DNA of 64,000 bases, taken from NCBI GenBank assembly GCA_030704615.1, contig CM060731.1, positions 50,096,001-50,160,000 of the forward strand, read 5' to 3'. Position numbers and translations under genes: made by a program. This document shows positions 25,201-38,339 of this stretch, one piece after another. The notes below the pieces were generated by a model that saw only the letters and a list, made by a program, of their open reading frames with translations, searched no databases and had not been told where the DNA came from. The DNA is from Takakia lepidozioides (Eukaryota > Plantae > Bryophyta). Numbering within the stretch: position 1 is the first letter of the stretch; every line of letters starts with the position of its first letter.

Positions 25201-26947
25201 CGGGTTCTCAGGAGTGGGAGGGAGGTGGGAAATCAAGTAAATCATCATCATGCTAAATATACAGGAGTAAGCAAGCAAACTTTGCACACCCTACCCATCT
25301 GCAAGTTCCACTCCCATGCGATGTGATACTTGAGTGAGTGCTTCCTTCCACTTTGTCACTTCTTCATCAGTGTGCCGCTGTCTTAGTTTCTCAAGCCCAG
25401 CCCTTAAACAACCATTATCTGGCCAGCGTACATCGCGGGGTGTCACATCATAGAAGATGGGCAAGATGACATTGTCACGGCTTTTCAACATGAGGCATAG
25501 CTCATCCAGGCACCACTTGGACTCCGTATAACCCTTACTGAACACCGGTATGCAGATACGAGCACTGCGGATAGCATGATCGATGGACTCCCATGGACTC
25601 TCTCCCAAACCAATATCTTTGGCGTCGAGGAACGGTTTAAACCCAGCACTGCGCAGCGCCTCATCCAAGTGGCCCACGAAAGTCTTCTTTACGTCCGGCC
25701 CTCTGTGACTGATAAACACATCATACCTCTCCACGGGACCTGCACATAGAAGAACAGAACCTTTTCCTGCACAAAGTGAATGCCTCACAGGATGATGTTG
25801 ACTTGCAAAAGGGTCAGTTTAATCTGACCTTAACTCAAGGGGATTTTCCAGCAGCCATGACAAGAAAACAATGCCCAAGTAAATGCCCATGCCTGAGCAT
25901 ACAAACCAAAAAAATGGTGAGGCTCCTGGGGATGTGCGAAAAGGTATTGACCAAGCCACCAGTTCCCTCACCCCTGACTCTCTTTCTATCTTTCATACCT
26001 CAGATATGTACCAATTGTGACACTATTTAGGTGTGTGACTCTTAGTGCACATCACCTGCGGACTCACATGTACCGATCAACACCAGTATTGTAATACCAG
26101 TGTTAGACCTTCAAGCTGGCGTCCATGGACTTCTAAAACAGATTAAACTTTTCTCATCTCCAGCAGGTAACTCCCACTTTCAGTCTTGCACCCAGCTTAC
26201 TCACCTACGTCGTTTCTTCCAGTTCTCTTGCATTCCCATGTCATCATGTTTACCACGGATAGTTCCTAAACTTAACACCAGAACAGTGCCTCTTCATTCA
26301 GATCGGGTGTGGTGCGAACTACTCCCCAAACTTCAAACAAGTTGGCGCAAGGTGAGAAGGACTTATGCTCATCAAGTCCCGCCAAATTTCCACCACTTCT
26401 GGGAGGTGCGGAATGTTCACAAAAGAAGCTCGCGGCGGTGGGCTATCGTCTGATAACTCCTACTAATTGTCAATCCCACCCAAGGAGGCCAGCGGAGTAG
26501 TCTCTCAATGGAGGAAAGAAAGCTGACAGCGTTACCTCTGGGGGTTCGGTTGCCGCGGTTGATATCCACTGAGTCATCCTCGGCAGCCCGTTCATGTGGA
26601 TCCTGAGAGCTGGAAGCAAGCGTGGACCTTTGAGCAGATGCAGAGCTGATATCCACTGAGTCATCCTCGGCAGCCCGTTCATGTGGATCCTGAGAGCTGG
26701 AAGCAAGCGTGGACCTTTGAGCAGATGCAGCGCTGATATCCACTGAGTCATCCTCGGTAGCCCGTTCATGTGGACCCTGAGAGCTGGAAGCAAGCGTGGA
26801 CCTTTGAGCAGATGCAGCACTGGATTTCGACCAGAGAGGAGGCAGCCACTGCACGGCACAGCGAACATAGCACACACCAACAATCGCAAGCGCCGCCCAG
26901 GTAGCCCATCCTACATTTTGACTCTTCCACTGTACGCTCCAATTCAT
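19235..26947 (-). CDS. TIR-NB-ARC-LRR (TNL) immune receptor, about 1797 aa; exons 26947-26536, 25739-25295, 24247-23137, 22826-22536, 22369-19235 (alternative ATG at 27004)
   Basis: All junctions are GT-AG and in phase (total 5394 nt). TIR YDVFISHRGPDVK...SKWCLDEL with the catalytic Glu; P-loop GTGGVGKT, kinase-2 VLIVLDDVD, RNBS-B GSCCVMTSRD, GLPL, MHD; about 43 24-aa LRRs before a frameshift-derived stop. Confidence 0.88.
26560..26820 (-). repeat. Three 87-bp coding tandem repeats (SAASAQRSTLASSSQ.PHERA.EDDSVDI) in TNL exon 1
   Basis: Unit visible three times at the DNA and protein level. Confidence 0.95.
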
Positions 26948-27771
26948 GTTCACCCTCGATCGGCTTCCGATGCAGCACCAACCTTCATCCACCACAAGCT
27001 GCATGCCATGCCATGACTTCACACTCTCAAGAACCCACTACCTCTTTCAGAATATGAAATCCCAACAGACATCAATACATGTGGGAAAGACCTCATACCG
27101 CATGTACAAGCATCCCCAGCCATTGGAATAGCGTTGTGCGTCATAGTGAGGAGACGATGCAGGGCGTCCATGGCAGCGAGCACGCAAGAAGAAGCAAGTA
27201 GCACTGAAGCCACAGGATCGCAGTGAGGATCAGAAGGACCCAACACGACTCCCTCGCTCCCTCTCTCTGCCCAGTGTTCATCCAGAAATATGGATGAACA
27301 ATCCGCTTATGGATGTTCGTTAACCTTCCCGTTAAACATAAAGCACTTTGAAATATTTCTCTTTGTTATTGTCTGCTCCCCAAGAGTAGATTGGCTCGCT
27401 TGGCGCAATGCCAGACTTTCTTCTTTTCAACAAAAGCTGGAAGAACACACAGAAAAGCGAGCAGTGTGAGTAGAGAATGAAAAGAAGCGCCTGGTCGAAA
27501 AGATCTTTCACATGCTTTATGCAAGGGAAGGTCCCACACAAGGGCGGTGCCCGTAAATCGAGGAATGCCCCACACCACCTGGGGCCTCCCCACACCAGGG
27601 GCGTGGCGCAATCAAGTCGCACCAGCTCTCCTCACACATATCCACAATCGTGGGTATCTAAACATGCTCTCATGGTCTTTTTCCATGTCCAAAGTACTCT
27701 GATAAGCACTGCACTACTGCTCAATTGACTCATATGCACCGAATCTCTTGTTGCTACATGAATCCATCAAA

Positions 27772-27947
27772 TTGTATATATATTTATATTTGACGCCTCC
27801 CCAAGGAAGCGTAAATTATGGTGTCTCTTCACCCCCAAGGGTTACTGCCTTCCACTAGGAAGGTGGACACCTTTGTGACACAAATGGTGGATTGAACCCA
27901 CAACCACTTCCGAGGTGGTGTATGCCCATTACCATTGGGCTACAACT
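27772..27947 (-). mobile_element. tRNA-derived SINE upstream of the TNL gene
   Basis: Minus strand has box A TAGCCCAATGG, box B GGTTCAATCC and an AT-rich tail; 13-bp TSD tgaatccatcaaa at 27759-27771 and 27948-27960. Confidence 0.85.
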
Positions 27948-30900
27948 TGAATCCATCAAACAACCTTCAAAGAGGTGGAAAAAGAATAGACGGTAGAATG
28001 TCATGGGAGGGCCATGCTTTCGACACAACAGAGCTGGAAACAGTGGAAGGCAGGACAAGAAGAAAGAAGGTGGGGCCCAACCGTCCCCCAAGGCTAACTT
28101 CAGAAGTGAGATTTTTTTAAGCTGTTCTGATTTCCTGTACAAATGATTTTCATCAGTTTGTTTCAAAATGTTCACTGCACCATGAAAGAAAGAAAGAAAG
28201 AAATTCTACACTATCCATGGGAAGCTAAGAGAGTTTATGGGACAAAGGAAGTTGGATACAAGGACGGTGGGGCCCACTACAAGTAGCCCAAAAACTACAC
28301 TGGAACTTCAAGAAATTCTTTAAGGTAGAGGCATCTTCTGATCCTTGCAAAGAAACACATCTGTGTCAGATTGGCTGTCGCTACATAGGCAATAGTAGTG
28401 GGACAGTGAGAAAAGAAATGCTCAGTCTCCATCTCCAGAAGCCAGGCAGAGTTGTCCAGCATGCTATACCTATCCCATCTCCTAGTCTCTATCCTCACAC
28501 TTTGTAAGCCCACATTAGGGGATGGAGAGAGAGGCACAATCCAATACTTAGGCCATAAGATTCTATCCTTGGGAGAAGAAGGAAGGCAAATCGATAGAGC
28601 TGCAGTTATGTGGTAAGGGGAGTCAGTGATTTCTCAGTTATCTCCCGCTGACATGGAGTTGAAACTCCTGTCTAATGAGTCACAGGGGGGGAGCCCTCTT
28701 TGATCTCAACTCCCTCCCACCAGGTACAAACTTCTCAGCTTCAAGGTCATGACGCCTCTTTGCTCTCAAGTTCCGCCCACAAACTCCTCCATTACCATCT
28801 CCACCATTTGCACTTCAGGTTTGAATGCATGAGGTACCTTCATATACATATCTTTTGATGCTATCAGCTCAAGAGCTATATCTCATTATTAATGAGTCTA
28901 CAAAATAATGGGACCTTAAACCCTCATCCATACCGAGAAATGGAGGTATGACTTGTAGACATACAAAACAACCCAGTTTCAGAGCAGGATATATTTATAA
29001 CACAAAGAAAGGTCCTCTGGTCAGACTCTCTATACCATACATACATATATATTTTTCGCTACCATCTAAAGAAAGCGGTTAGGGGAAGTAACACGCTAAC
29101 CCAACTTATGATCATTGCATAATGGTCTTTGAAAATTGAAGAGAACACATAGAAACCATATCCAATGCCTTGGAAGTACTTGACAATGGCTTCAAACATA
29201 ATGTACCAAAGATGCCTAGCAAAGCAGGACAAGCACTATGCGGGGGCTTGGATGGAAGGTGAAGCTGTTGACACCTCCATGTTGCATGGGTGTGCCACGG
29301 GCTTTGTTGTGTATTTGTGTGCATTGGTGCAAAAGAGAGTACGTAAGTACCCCACCAGCAGGAAGCAGAAATAAGCCTGGATAAATGCAAGCACAATTCT
29401 GCAAAGGAAGGATATCTCCCATCACACTTCCTGCCAGGCGAATGTCATGATCTGGAATCTTGAATCTCCGGACCAAAAGCTATTTCAGGTTTAGGTGTGT
29501 GAACATAGATTCCAACTTTGGATTGGGTTTCTTGTGTGCAGTGAAGATAGATTCCCCACTTAAAATAGACTCTTCTTTGAACTAGAAGTACACAATGAAG
29601 TTATGCTTGAGGGAGTAGAAGCCGCAGGACTACTTGGAGGACAGCTTGCTGCACTTTCTGAGTCTGGCCTTTTGATGCCTTACCTGCCACAGTGCACATA
29701 AAGGCCACATGTCAAAAAGATTGATTAACTGTTGTAGCTGTGATCTCACCATGGAGGAAGCTGAATTACATGGGTCACTTATATTCTGCGAGGTACCGTT
29801 GAATCAAGAGACACACAAGATCTGCCCTCTATGAGGTCCTCAATATCTTCCTTGGTGCAGTCACTGCACCTCCCATCTTACACTGCTTTAGATAGAGTTA
29901 TAAGCAACTAGAAAGAGCACATGTTCATGCTGAGACATATCCCATCTCTATGATAACTATAATGGTGTTGAAGGGTAGCATATGAAAGAAAGCAGTGGAA
30001 CCTGATGCACATTACCAGTTTGGGTGACACAAATCCCAGGTGAGCTCGAAACAAAATTGTTTGAAGCAAATAGGAAATCAGTTTCATTAAAAATACAGGT
30101 GGAATTCACAAAAAGAAATAATCAAAGGTTTACAGGCTGACCATTGCCCTAAACAGTTGAGAATTGCAAACAATCCTTACTTACCAGAGCTCTATCCAAT
30201 AAACTCCATTGCTTTGACAACATCTCCAACTCTGTTGAGAGCTTCCATAATGTCTTTGCAATTAGGGATCACACACTAGTTGATGATAGATTAAAAATTA
30301 CTCGACACGTTCACTGAAATTGGTGAAGATAATCACTTGTGTCTAGCTGGATCATGTTGACCTGTCCCCATAAAAAACCAGCACCAATCTCAGGAAAGCC
30401 TTCGATGCTCAGGTAAGATTCAGCAAAGCGTTCACCCTCCGCCAAAGTTCTGCTGTAGGTTAGGTTGCCACAGTGAACAGAAAATGCTTGGATCCTATCT
30501 CCCTTGTGCTGCAAAGCCATTTGCTGTGGGTGAGGACTCTTGAGCACCTTACAAAGTAACTATTGGTAGTTGAAAGGCATCAAGACAGCCTTGATAGGGC
30601 ATAGCAGAATGCCAAAGCCTATTCATTCAACTGGGCAACAAAAGCAAACAGATTGCCATCCAAATCCATGGTATGTAGATGTACTGGAGAATGGAGAGGT
30701 GTTTAAGAGAGTATAATTTCCTCCATCTTTAGTAGTTTGGAGCTGGAGACACCATGGCCAACACCCTGCTGCATCAGCAGCTTAGCATTCTTTGCCAGCT
30801 GCTGTACAAAAAATGGTCAAAATAAGCTGGAGCTTCTTGAGTCCCAGATCTAGGCTGCTTCATCATCCGTATATGCTCTCATCTAATTATCTGCAGGGTA

Positions 30901-33891
30901 TAGAAATCTTTTGACGGTAAAAGTAGACAAGCGTGAGCTTTGTGGCCTCCTCATTCATTGGGATTTGGGTGGAAGTCTGGACTGAGATGTTTTGTGGTGC
31001 ATAATCTTGCAGAAAGCAGCCGGAAGGATGGAAAAAGCTACAGGAAGGCTAAAGAGATTGGGCTCGAACAAGAGCAGGTACCAGAACTTTGCTCATTTTA
31101 CCGATCTGATAAAGGACCATAAAGCACAACTGATCAGCTTTTGTAGCAACCTGTGCAGAGGTTGAATCACCTGGAGACAAAAATAGTGCACCTGGAGTGC
31201 CAAGTCCAGACCCTTTGGCAGGTAACATGAGAGTTTCCAGCATAAAGTTTCATGCTCTAATGCAGTCAACAATCTTTTGAGCAGATTTTCCACTATTCAG
31301 TGGAAATTGCCACCTTTTATTGCCATTGTATCCACTTGAGCTATGATTTGGACACAGACTTGGATCCAAGGGCACTTGAGGATCTCAAAAGTGATTAGCA
31401 CCTGTAATAATTCTCATGGCTGCTTTTGAAAAGGGAAACTCAAGGGGTTCAACATGCCTTACAATGAAGTGAGATCTCTTTTCTTGTTCTCTTTTATCCC
31501 CTCCAGATCTGTTTGTCTCCATGTCTCTGTGTGTCTCTGCATCCCTGTCCGTAGGCCCTCTGTGGATGTTGTGAAGTCTTTTCTCTTGTATCTGCCTTTC
31601 CTTTGAGCTTCCCACGGATGTTATAAAGTACCATTCCAGTTCTTCCTTTCTTCCTAAAAGCAAACACCACAACCACAACTGGACTCAGTATGCAGCAATT
31701 TTAAGTCCATTTTTATAGCGTCTTTTCTCTGCACCCCTCCCCCCAACTTTTTGATCGTGTCTGAACCTGGTGAGGGTCTATATGCTATACAGCAACTCGA
31801 GGTCCATGACTATATTCTCTGTGTCTCTGTTCATTTCTTTAAAGGCTGGCAAGGGCATGTTTTCCTTCCTGAAATCTGTCTATCTTCTCTCGAGTACTGA
31901 AGTCGTGTTTGTTATGGCCCTGTAGAACTTGGATGAGCAGTTGCTCGAGGAGCATGAGAAGTTTGGAACTGTGCCAGATTCAAATGGCATTAAGCACCAC
32001 TTTATTCTCCCCATCCATGCCAGGGTATCCATGTACTGATGGATTCCCGCTTCACATTCTCAACTCATCTCCAGGTTCTCACGTGATCATTGTACCATGA
32101 AACTATGGATTCAAGACATAAATTTATCCACTTCAGAGACTCTCTTACAGGTGAGGTGCGGAAACCATGATATGATTGTGATTGAATGCAGCAATAAAAC
32201 ATCACGTTCAGCATTGCAAAAGTAGCGCTCCATGGGTTCAACTCAGGTGGGACCTACTTCATCACCATATCTCTCTTAGAGCCAGATGAGTGATTAGACC
32301 TGACATTGTTCAAGTCTCAAAAGGCATGAGCAGTTATTGTTGTCTTTCAAGATTCCTAGGCTTTTTGAAGAGACCTTGACCTGACATGTATAATTGTAGC
32401 TTACCTCCAAGGAGCCACAATCTTCAGGCGTTGTTTAGCTGTTTCTAAAATGGTTACTGCTTGTTCTACTGTGTCCCATTGGCCCTCATGGCCCTTGGTA
32501 CGTTATGAAATTTTCTGTCTTTTTTTCTGGCCCCCAAGGACGTTATGAAGTTCCTCTCCTTTCCTTTCTCTCTTTGAGTTTTCCACGGACGTTATAAAGT
32601 ACTTTTCATTTCATTTCGTTTCTCTGGCCATGCGGATTGCAGATTCCACTTCAACTAGCAGGAAATTGAGACTGTCAAATTCGTACCAATGTCTGGGTTT
32701 GGTTATCCACTCATCCAAATTTTAGTTCGCCCAACTGCATCTATGGACAGATTGACAAAGGGGAAGGCTGCCTCCATCCGCCTCCAGGCCAAATGCAATC
32801 AGATACATCTGCGCCAGACCCCAACATACACAAATGGAAACTACTTAGTGGCATCAAAGAGAGAGAATGAAAGGAAGGGAGGCGGACGAAGTAGAACAAC
32901 ACGAGAGAAACATGAGTGGTTTGTATGAGGGAGAAGTTCTTATCGTCATCTCTGAGAACTGAGGGTTGTAGCTCCATTAAACTGTTTGACCGTAGCTGGT
33001 GCACTGACCACTACCCTTGTGAAAGCGGGGATATTCTGCTGAAGAGTGAGAGCTGGAAGTGTCTGTGCTGTCACGATTGTCAGAATAGCTGAAAATGTAG
33101 GAGTTGCAACTTGAAGCATGAAGAAGTTTCGTGAGAAGCTAAATCCATTTGATTGTGGCTGTGATGAATCAAGAATATCCCAAGAGAACAGGGGTTCGAG
33201 TTCATCACTTCATTCTAGGGGGGTCGCTCCGGATGGACAGCGGACCCTGGCATGAAGTGATGAACTCGGACCCCCATCGCCCGCTTCTTAACTGAGACGG
33301 AGCCACAAATGGGAGGCCACTAAAGGTTAGCTGGCCTGGCATGATATCTCCGCATCGCAAAGGGCTCTCCGGCACGGCTGATGCAACACTCGAGTCTTTT
33401 TGCATACGAGCGTCTCATAAGATTCCTCAAAGTGATCGGGAAGAGAGAATGGAAAACGTACCCAACACCTCGGTTATGTCGTGGGAACCCTTCTGACATG
33501 TTTATTCCATCCCCATGGAGCCTGGAGGGAGGTGCAGATGGAAGGAAATGATAGCCAAGAGCAAAGCTCATTGTGGGCTGAAGGAACTCAAACCCTAAGC
33601 GAACGGCCCGGATTTCTAACACATGAAAAGCTTTCATCTCACATCCGATTTGCGTCAGGGATGCATAGGTGGAACTGAATTAAAAACAAACTGCAGGGAG
33701 GAAGTATGGAAATTGGGAGAGCCATCCATGTGGTCGCTCATGTGTGCCAAGATTCAAAATGTGGCACAACAAAACCCTGCATAGCTTTATAAAAAGACCC
33801 AAGTGGGGTGACTGTACAAATTGGTGTAATTGTCCCCAAGAGGAAATAACCAAAGCTCGTAGAGCTAGATATATTAACATAAAGAAAGAAA

Positions 33892-36800
33892 TCAAACTAT
33901 TCTAGTATCACCTACAGCCTGAAGAAGGTCAGACAACAGGAAAAAAGGTGGATCAGATAGTGCGGGGAGGCGAGATGAAGCCGCCCCAACAACCTCTGCC
34001 CGACGTAAAATAGATTGAGCTTGAGCCTTTTGCAAAGCAACCGAAACTCGTTGTCTAAAGAAAGCTACAAGAACAGAGGCGTATGGGCTTCCAAGGCTTT
34101 TGTTTTCTGCTGCACGATGGGCACATGTGCGAAGGAACTTGTTGAATTGATGATGCAAATAACCAAAGATCTCGACTGCCAAAGGAAGGAATGTGTCTGT
34201 GGAATGACGTGCCCGATAGTCATGCTCCTTTCCCTGCGCAGCTACTGAAGCGGCAACTCCTTGTGATGAGGCTGTGCGGGGCAGGAGATCCGACCTAGTA
34301 GGATCAACGATGACAACATCCGCCAATGTACGTAGTCCGTCCTGTGAAAGAACAATGTCAACCCGTTGTCGAGTGGAATGGTGATTGTGGGTCGATGGGA
34401 GTATGTGCACCTGCTCTCGAATGACATGTATCCCAGCATCACGAGCAACCGCAGCTGCTGCATCCCGGACGACGTCATGGGTCACAGTGCGTTCTCCACC
34501 GCAGGGCCAACGAAGAAGATGTACGCCGAGTGAATCGAGAGGATGGCGACAAACACACTGTTGTAGTCCTAAGACACGGAAGACCCAGTCAAACTCCTAG
34601 GGAGGTGGTAAATACAGCAGAAGACATACGGAAGGGTGCAATGGTTGGTCGTACCGTGAGCCACGTGCCTGCTCCGTGCCCTGCGCACGAGAGAAGTCTG
34701 GCCCGATGTGCATCTGAAGGAGTGTCAGAAAGCATGCTGGCAAATGAGTGTCGGTGCACACGTTCCATGATGGTATCCTGTAAATGCTCCAGACCTTGAG
34801 TGACCAACTGTTCAAAGGGTGGCAGACAAGCCCGTGCTGGTGTTGGGATGAGATCCCGCGCTGAACGAAGATGTTGCTGGAAGGACAAAGAGCCATCGTC
34901 GATGTGGGCAACCACCTCCATGAAAAAAGGGCGTTGCTGACACAGAAACCGAGATGCCAAGGCTGGAGCGACTAAAGCCCAACTACCTAGGAAGGCAGCA
35001 GGGGCAGTGACAACTGTGGATAGTAAACCCACTCCTCCAGAAGAGATCGGGAGGGTAGCCTGGCGACATGCCAAGGGCCCCTGCTCACCATCAAATGCAC
35101 CTGAGCCTAATAGACGACCAAAAATCCCCCTAACAGTTGTATCAAAAGAAGACAGAAGATCCACAAACTGGGGGGTGGGGGGGGAAACAACGCAAAAGAT
35201 AAGAAGGTCGTTGTAAAAAACATTTGGTGAGAATGCCATGGGCTACCTACATATCGCCTAGTTTGGGAAGAAGCTCTATATGGCTTGTATCCTGTAGCAA
35301 AGCGTCTTGGAGGAAAGATGTTGTGTAAGGGGTACTAGCAAAGAGAACACCTAACACTCGAATACCCTTAGATGGTGCTAGAAAGTCGACAGAGGGCACG
35401 AAATCTGAAGGCAGACTAGAGGGTGACCAAACTGTGGATTTGCAAGGTTGAACAGTGAGCCCAAGAGAGTGAAGTTGGGCAAAGTGATGGAAAGCCAAAA
35501 GGATATCAGTAGGAGGGCCAGTGATGTGGGTATCATCAGCAATAGAAGGAAATATACAGGATTGGAAGGCTTCCGCAGATGAGCAAAGGGCTCGGAAGTG
35601 GGCAAAAGCAAAAAGAGGTCCCCCTAATGGATCGCCATGACGGGTTCCTACTTCGGACTGGATTATAGAAAGATCGCCGGTACGGGTGTGATGACTGTAA
35701 AACAAAGGGGTGGAGGAATCATAAAACAATCTCACAAAGGGAATGAGTTGATGGCAGGTGCCGCCAGCTGATCGCAGTTCTTGAAATATTGATGATCTGA
35801 ACACCGCGTTGAAGGCGTTGGTCACATCCACCAGAAGGACGACCCAGTCTGGATGAAGGTAAAGGGAAGCCCGAATCCTATGCACCACCACTTCACAACC
35901 TCCCGGAGTAGCGACCCCAAACTGATGTGGAGAAAAGTGAGAAGAAAAGACCTCCCGAAACTGGATGCAGATAGAGCGGCTCACCAAACGATACAAAACC
36001 TCCTCTACTGCAATAAGACGAATCCCACCTGTGCTCTTGGACATGGCCAAGAGCCGTGGTGCTCCAAGCAAACGTGCTACTGGGGTAGGTATATGTCCCA
36101 TCGCAATGAAAGAGCAAACTTGGAACTGCTGGAAAAAGCCACTAGCAGTGTCATGTGGATTGAGACAGTCACGGAGGTGTTCATACACCAAACCAGACGG
36201 ACCGGCTGCTGCAAGATGAGGGCTACGAGTGAATGCTTGTATGAAAGAATCGCGATCCAATTGAAGGTCCTCATCAGGTTCAAAGTCCTCCACAAAGGAA
36301 GGAAGGATGTCGTCCGCACTGGGGTGGAGATTCTCCAAAGCTGTGACAGTATCAGCCGTAGGCGATGCTAGGGTAAGAGGAGCAAGAGCTTGAGCTGCAC
36401 GGGAATACTCTCCTGCCCGGCCTAGCATAAGACTCTACTGAAGACGCATGTGGATGGATGGAGTTGCTTGGTGTGGGCAATCATGAGCTATTCACGCCGC
36501 AAGTGCTTGTGCACGTAGATAATGTTCGTCTTGAAGGGTTTCCCAGTCCCCAGAGAGAAATCTACGAAGACGGGCACGCGTCTCTTGATGTCCGGATTCA
36601 CCACCACATGGAGGAAAAACTAGACACCATAGAGGAAAAAGCAGAAAAAGGTGTCAAGCAGCAATGTCGTAAGGGTCCCAAGCAAGGCGGTCCAAGGGTA
36701 AGCGAAAAGCATGTTGTACCTCTCTGCGAAGCGCCATTGAGATGCGTGTATAGAGCCGGGGACGGGGCAAACCCAAATGAAATGCTCCCAAAACATCAAG

Positions 36801-37285
36801 GGTCGCAATCCAAAGCCATGCCTGGGCAGAAGGAGCTACTAACGGGGTAGGCAAATGACTGTCCAGAGAAGACTGATTGAGTGTAGAACACGTGTGCCGA
36901 TGACGCGCAAGCCTCCTGATACGGGCAAACATCCGACCGCAACATGGACAAGGCACTCGGTCTGGTGGAGAAGATGGTGGTGCTGGTGGTGGGAGATAAG
37001 ATGGAGCAAAAGAACGGGCGGTCTGATCAGGTGAACCTGTCCGCTGTCTAGAAGGAGGTGGCGAGCCAGGTGGAGAGGTAAGCTCTATGGGAGGCCGTCG
37101 TGAACCTGAAAGGCGAATTGGGGAAGGGCCACTGGCCCCTTGATTTGGTGTGTGAGGAGTGGGCGGACCCGGCACCAGCCTGCACAACTGCTGTGCCCCC
37201 TTTAGACCCACGGTTGGGGTGTCTACTTACCGCCTCTAGCCGCCCGCTGTCCGCCATCGGCCTCTGCCCGCTGTCGGCCATCGCT
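33892..37285 (-). mobile_element. CRE-clade non-LTR retrotransposon (zinc finger, RT, REL endonuclease), frameshifted
   Basis: N-terminal CPCCGRMF...LARHRHTC; RT QFGVATPGGCE, DVTNAFN, GTRHGDPLGGPLFA, SIADD; C-terminal THDVVRD, RVDIVL, LADVVIVDP, FLPLAVEIFG, RQRVSVALQK. Confidence 0.85.
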
Positions 37286-38339
37286 TTCCATGAAAGGCTT
37301 CTCGAAGACGTTGCTCCTTACTGCTCAATTCTTACCATAACTCCAAAGGATTCGAAGGCATCCAGGTACTTTCCTCACTTCTACTGTTTCTAGTCTCTAC
37401 CACCCTTGAATATGCTCCAAACACACGTATACGTTGGACTCCGGGCCCCACTCAAGCACGTGCTCAGCACCGCTCTGCTCCTGAGTCCTCCTCCGTGTCA
37501 GGAACGGCAATCTGCAAATGACAGTTATTGATCTTGATACCTCATGCCATTCACCCCTCACATAGAGAGGCAAAGAGCCCACAGAGTCTAGAGTGGACAG
37601 AGCCCTACAGCCCAGAGGATGGAGCTCCAAACCCACAAGGGCCAATGCACAGGCAGTCAACCACAAGCCACGGCCCTCTTCAACGACAGTATCACGTTTA
37701 TCAAACGATGTATTCATTGATGTCACTGATGGACTCGTGGAACTTGAGAGTCTGGAGATTCAGGAAAAGAAATGCTTAAGTATTTATATACAGGAAGTGT
37801 CGGCCAGTAGCTACCTCAAGGGCTACTACCCCTTTCTGCAAAAATATAAGGAAAAAAAAAGAAAAGAAAAAAGAAAAAAGGAAGGGCATTGAAGTGCAAA
37901 TTTGATTAACGGGGCCTCCGTCCCCTTTCCTTTTAAAAACAAATGCCCATGCGCAGATGGAGGGGCAGAATGGAGTGCCGGACACACTGATGTGATCTAG
38001 TCCGTCCAAACGGTATCATTGAAGGGCTGAGATGTGCATGAAGGGGCAAGAATTGGGGCAAAAGGAAGAAGAAGAGCGAGGGAGGAAGGAAGAAAGGAAG
38101 GGAGAGAGAAGGCGAGGGCGGTGGGGTGCCTGCGTTCCATCGCGGCCCTGAGAAGAGCCGGGTAGAGCGAGAAAGAGGGGGAGAAGGATTCGAACAAGAA
38201 GGGGAATTTGATGAGGAAACAAGGGGATGGAGAATTTGCAAGATGACCCGGGGGAGAATTTGGTGTCGCAACATGAAACCCTAGGAGTGGAGGATGGGGA
38301 GTATGATGATGGGAGCGATGGATTGCCTCATAGAAACAA

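Noticed and set aside
27275-27320. Small hairpin tgttcatcca...tggatgaaca upstream of the TNL gene
   Set aside because: Too short for a miRNA precursor; no supporting context.
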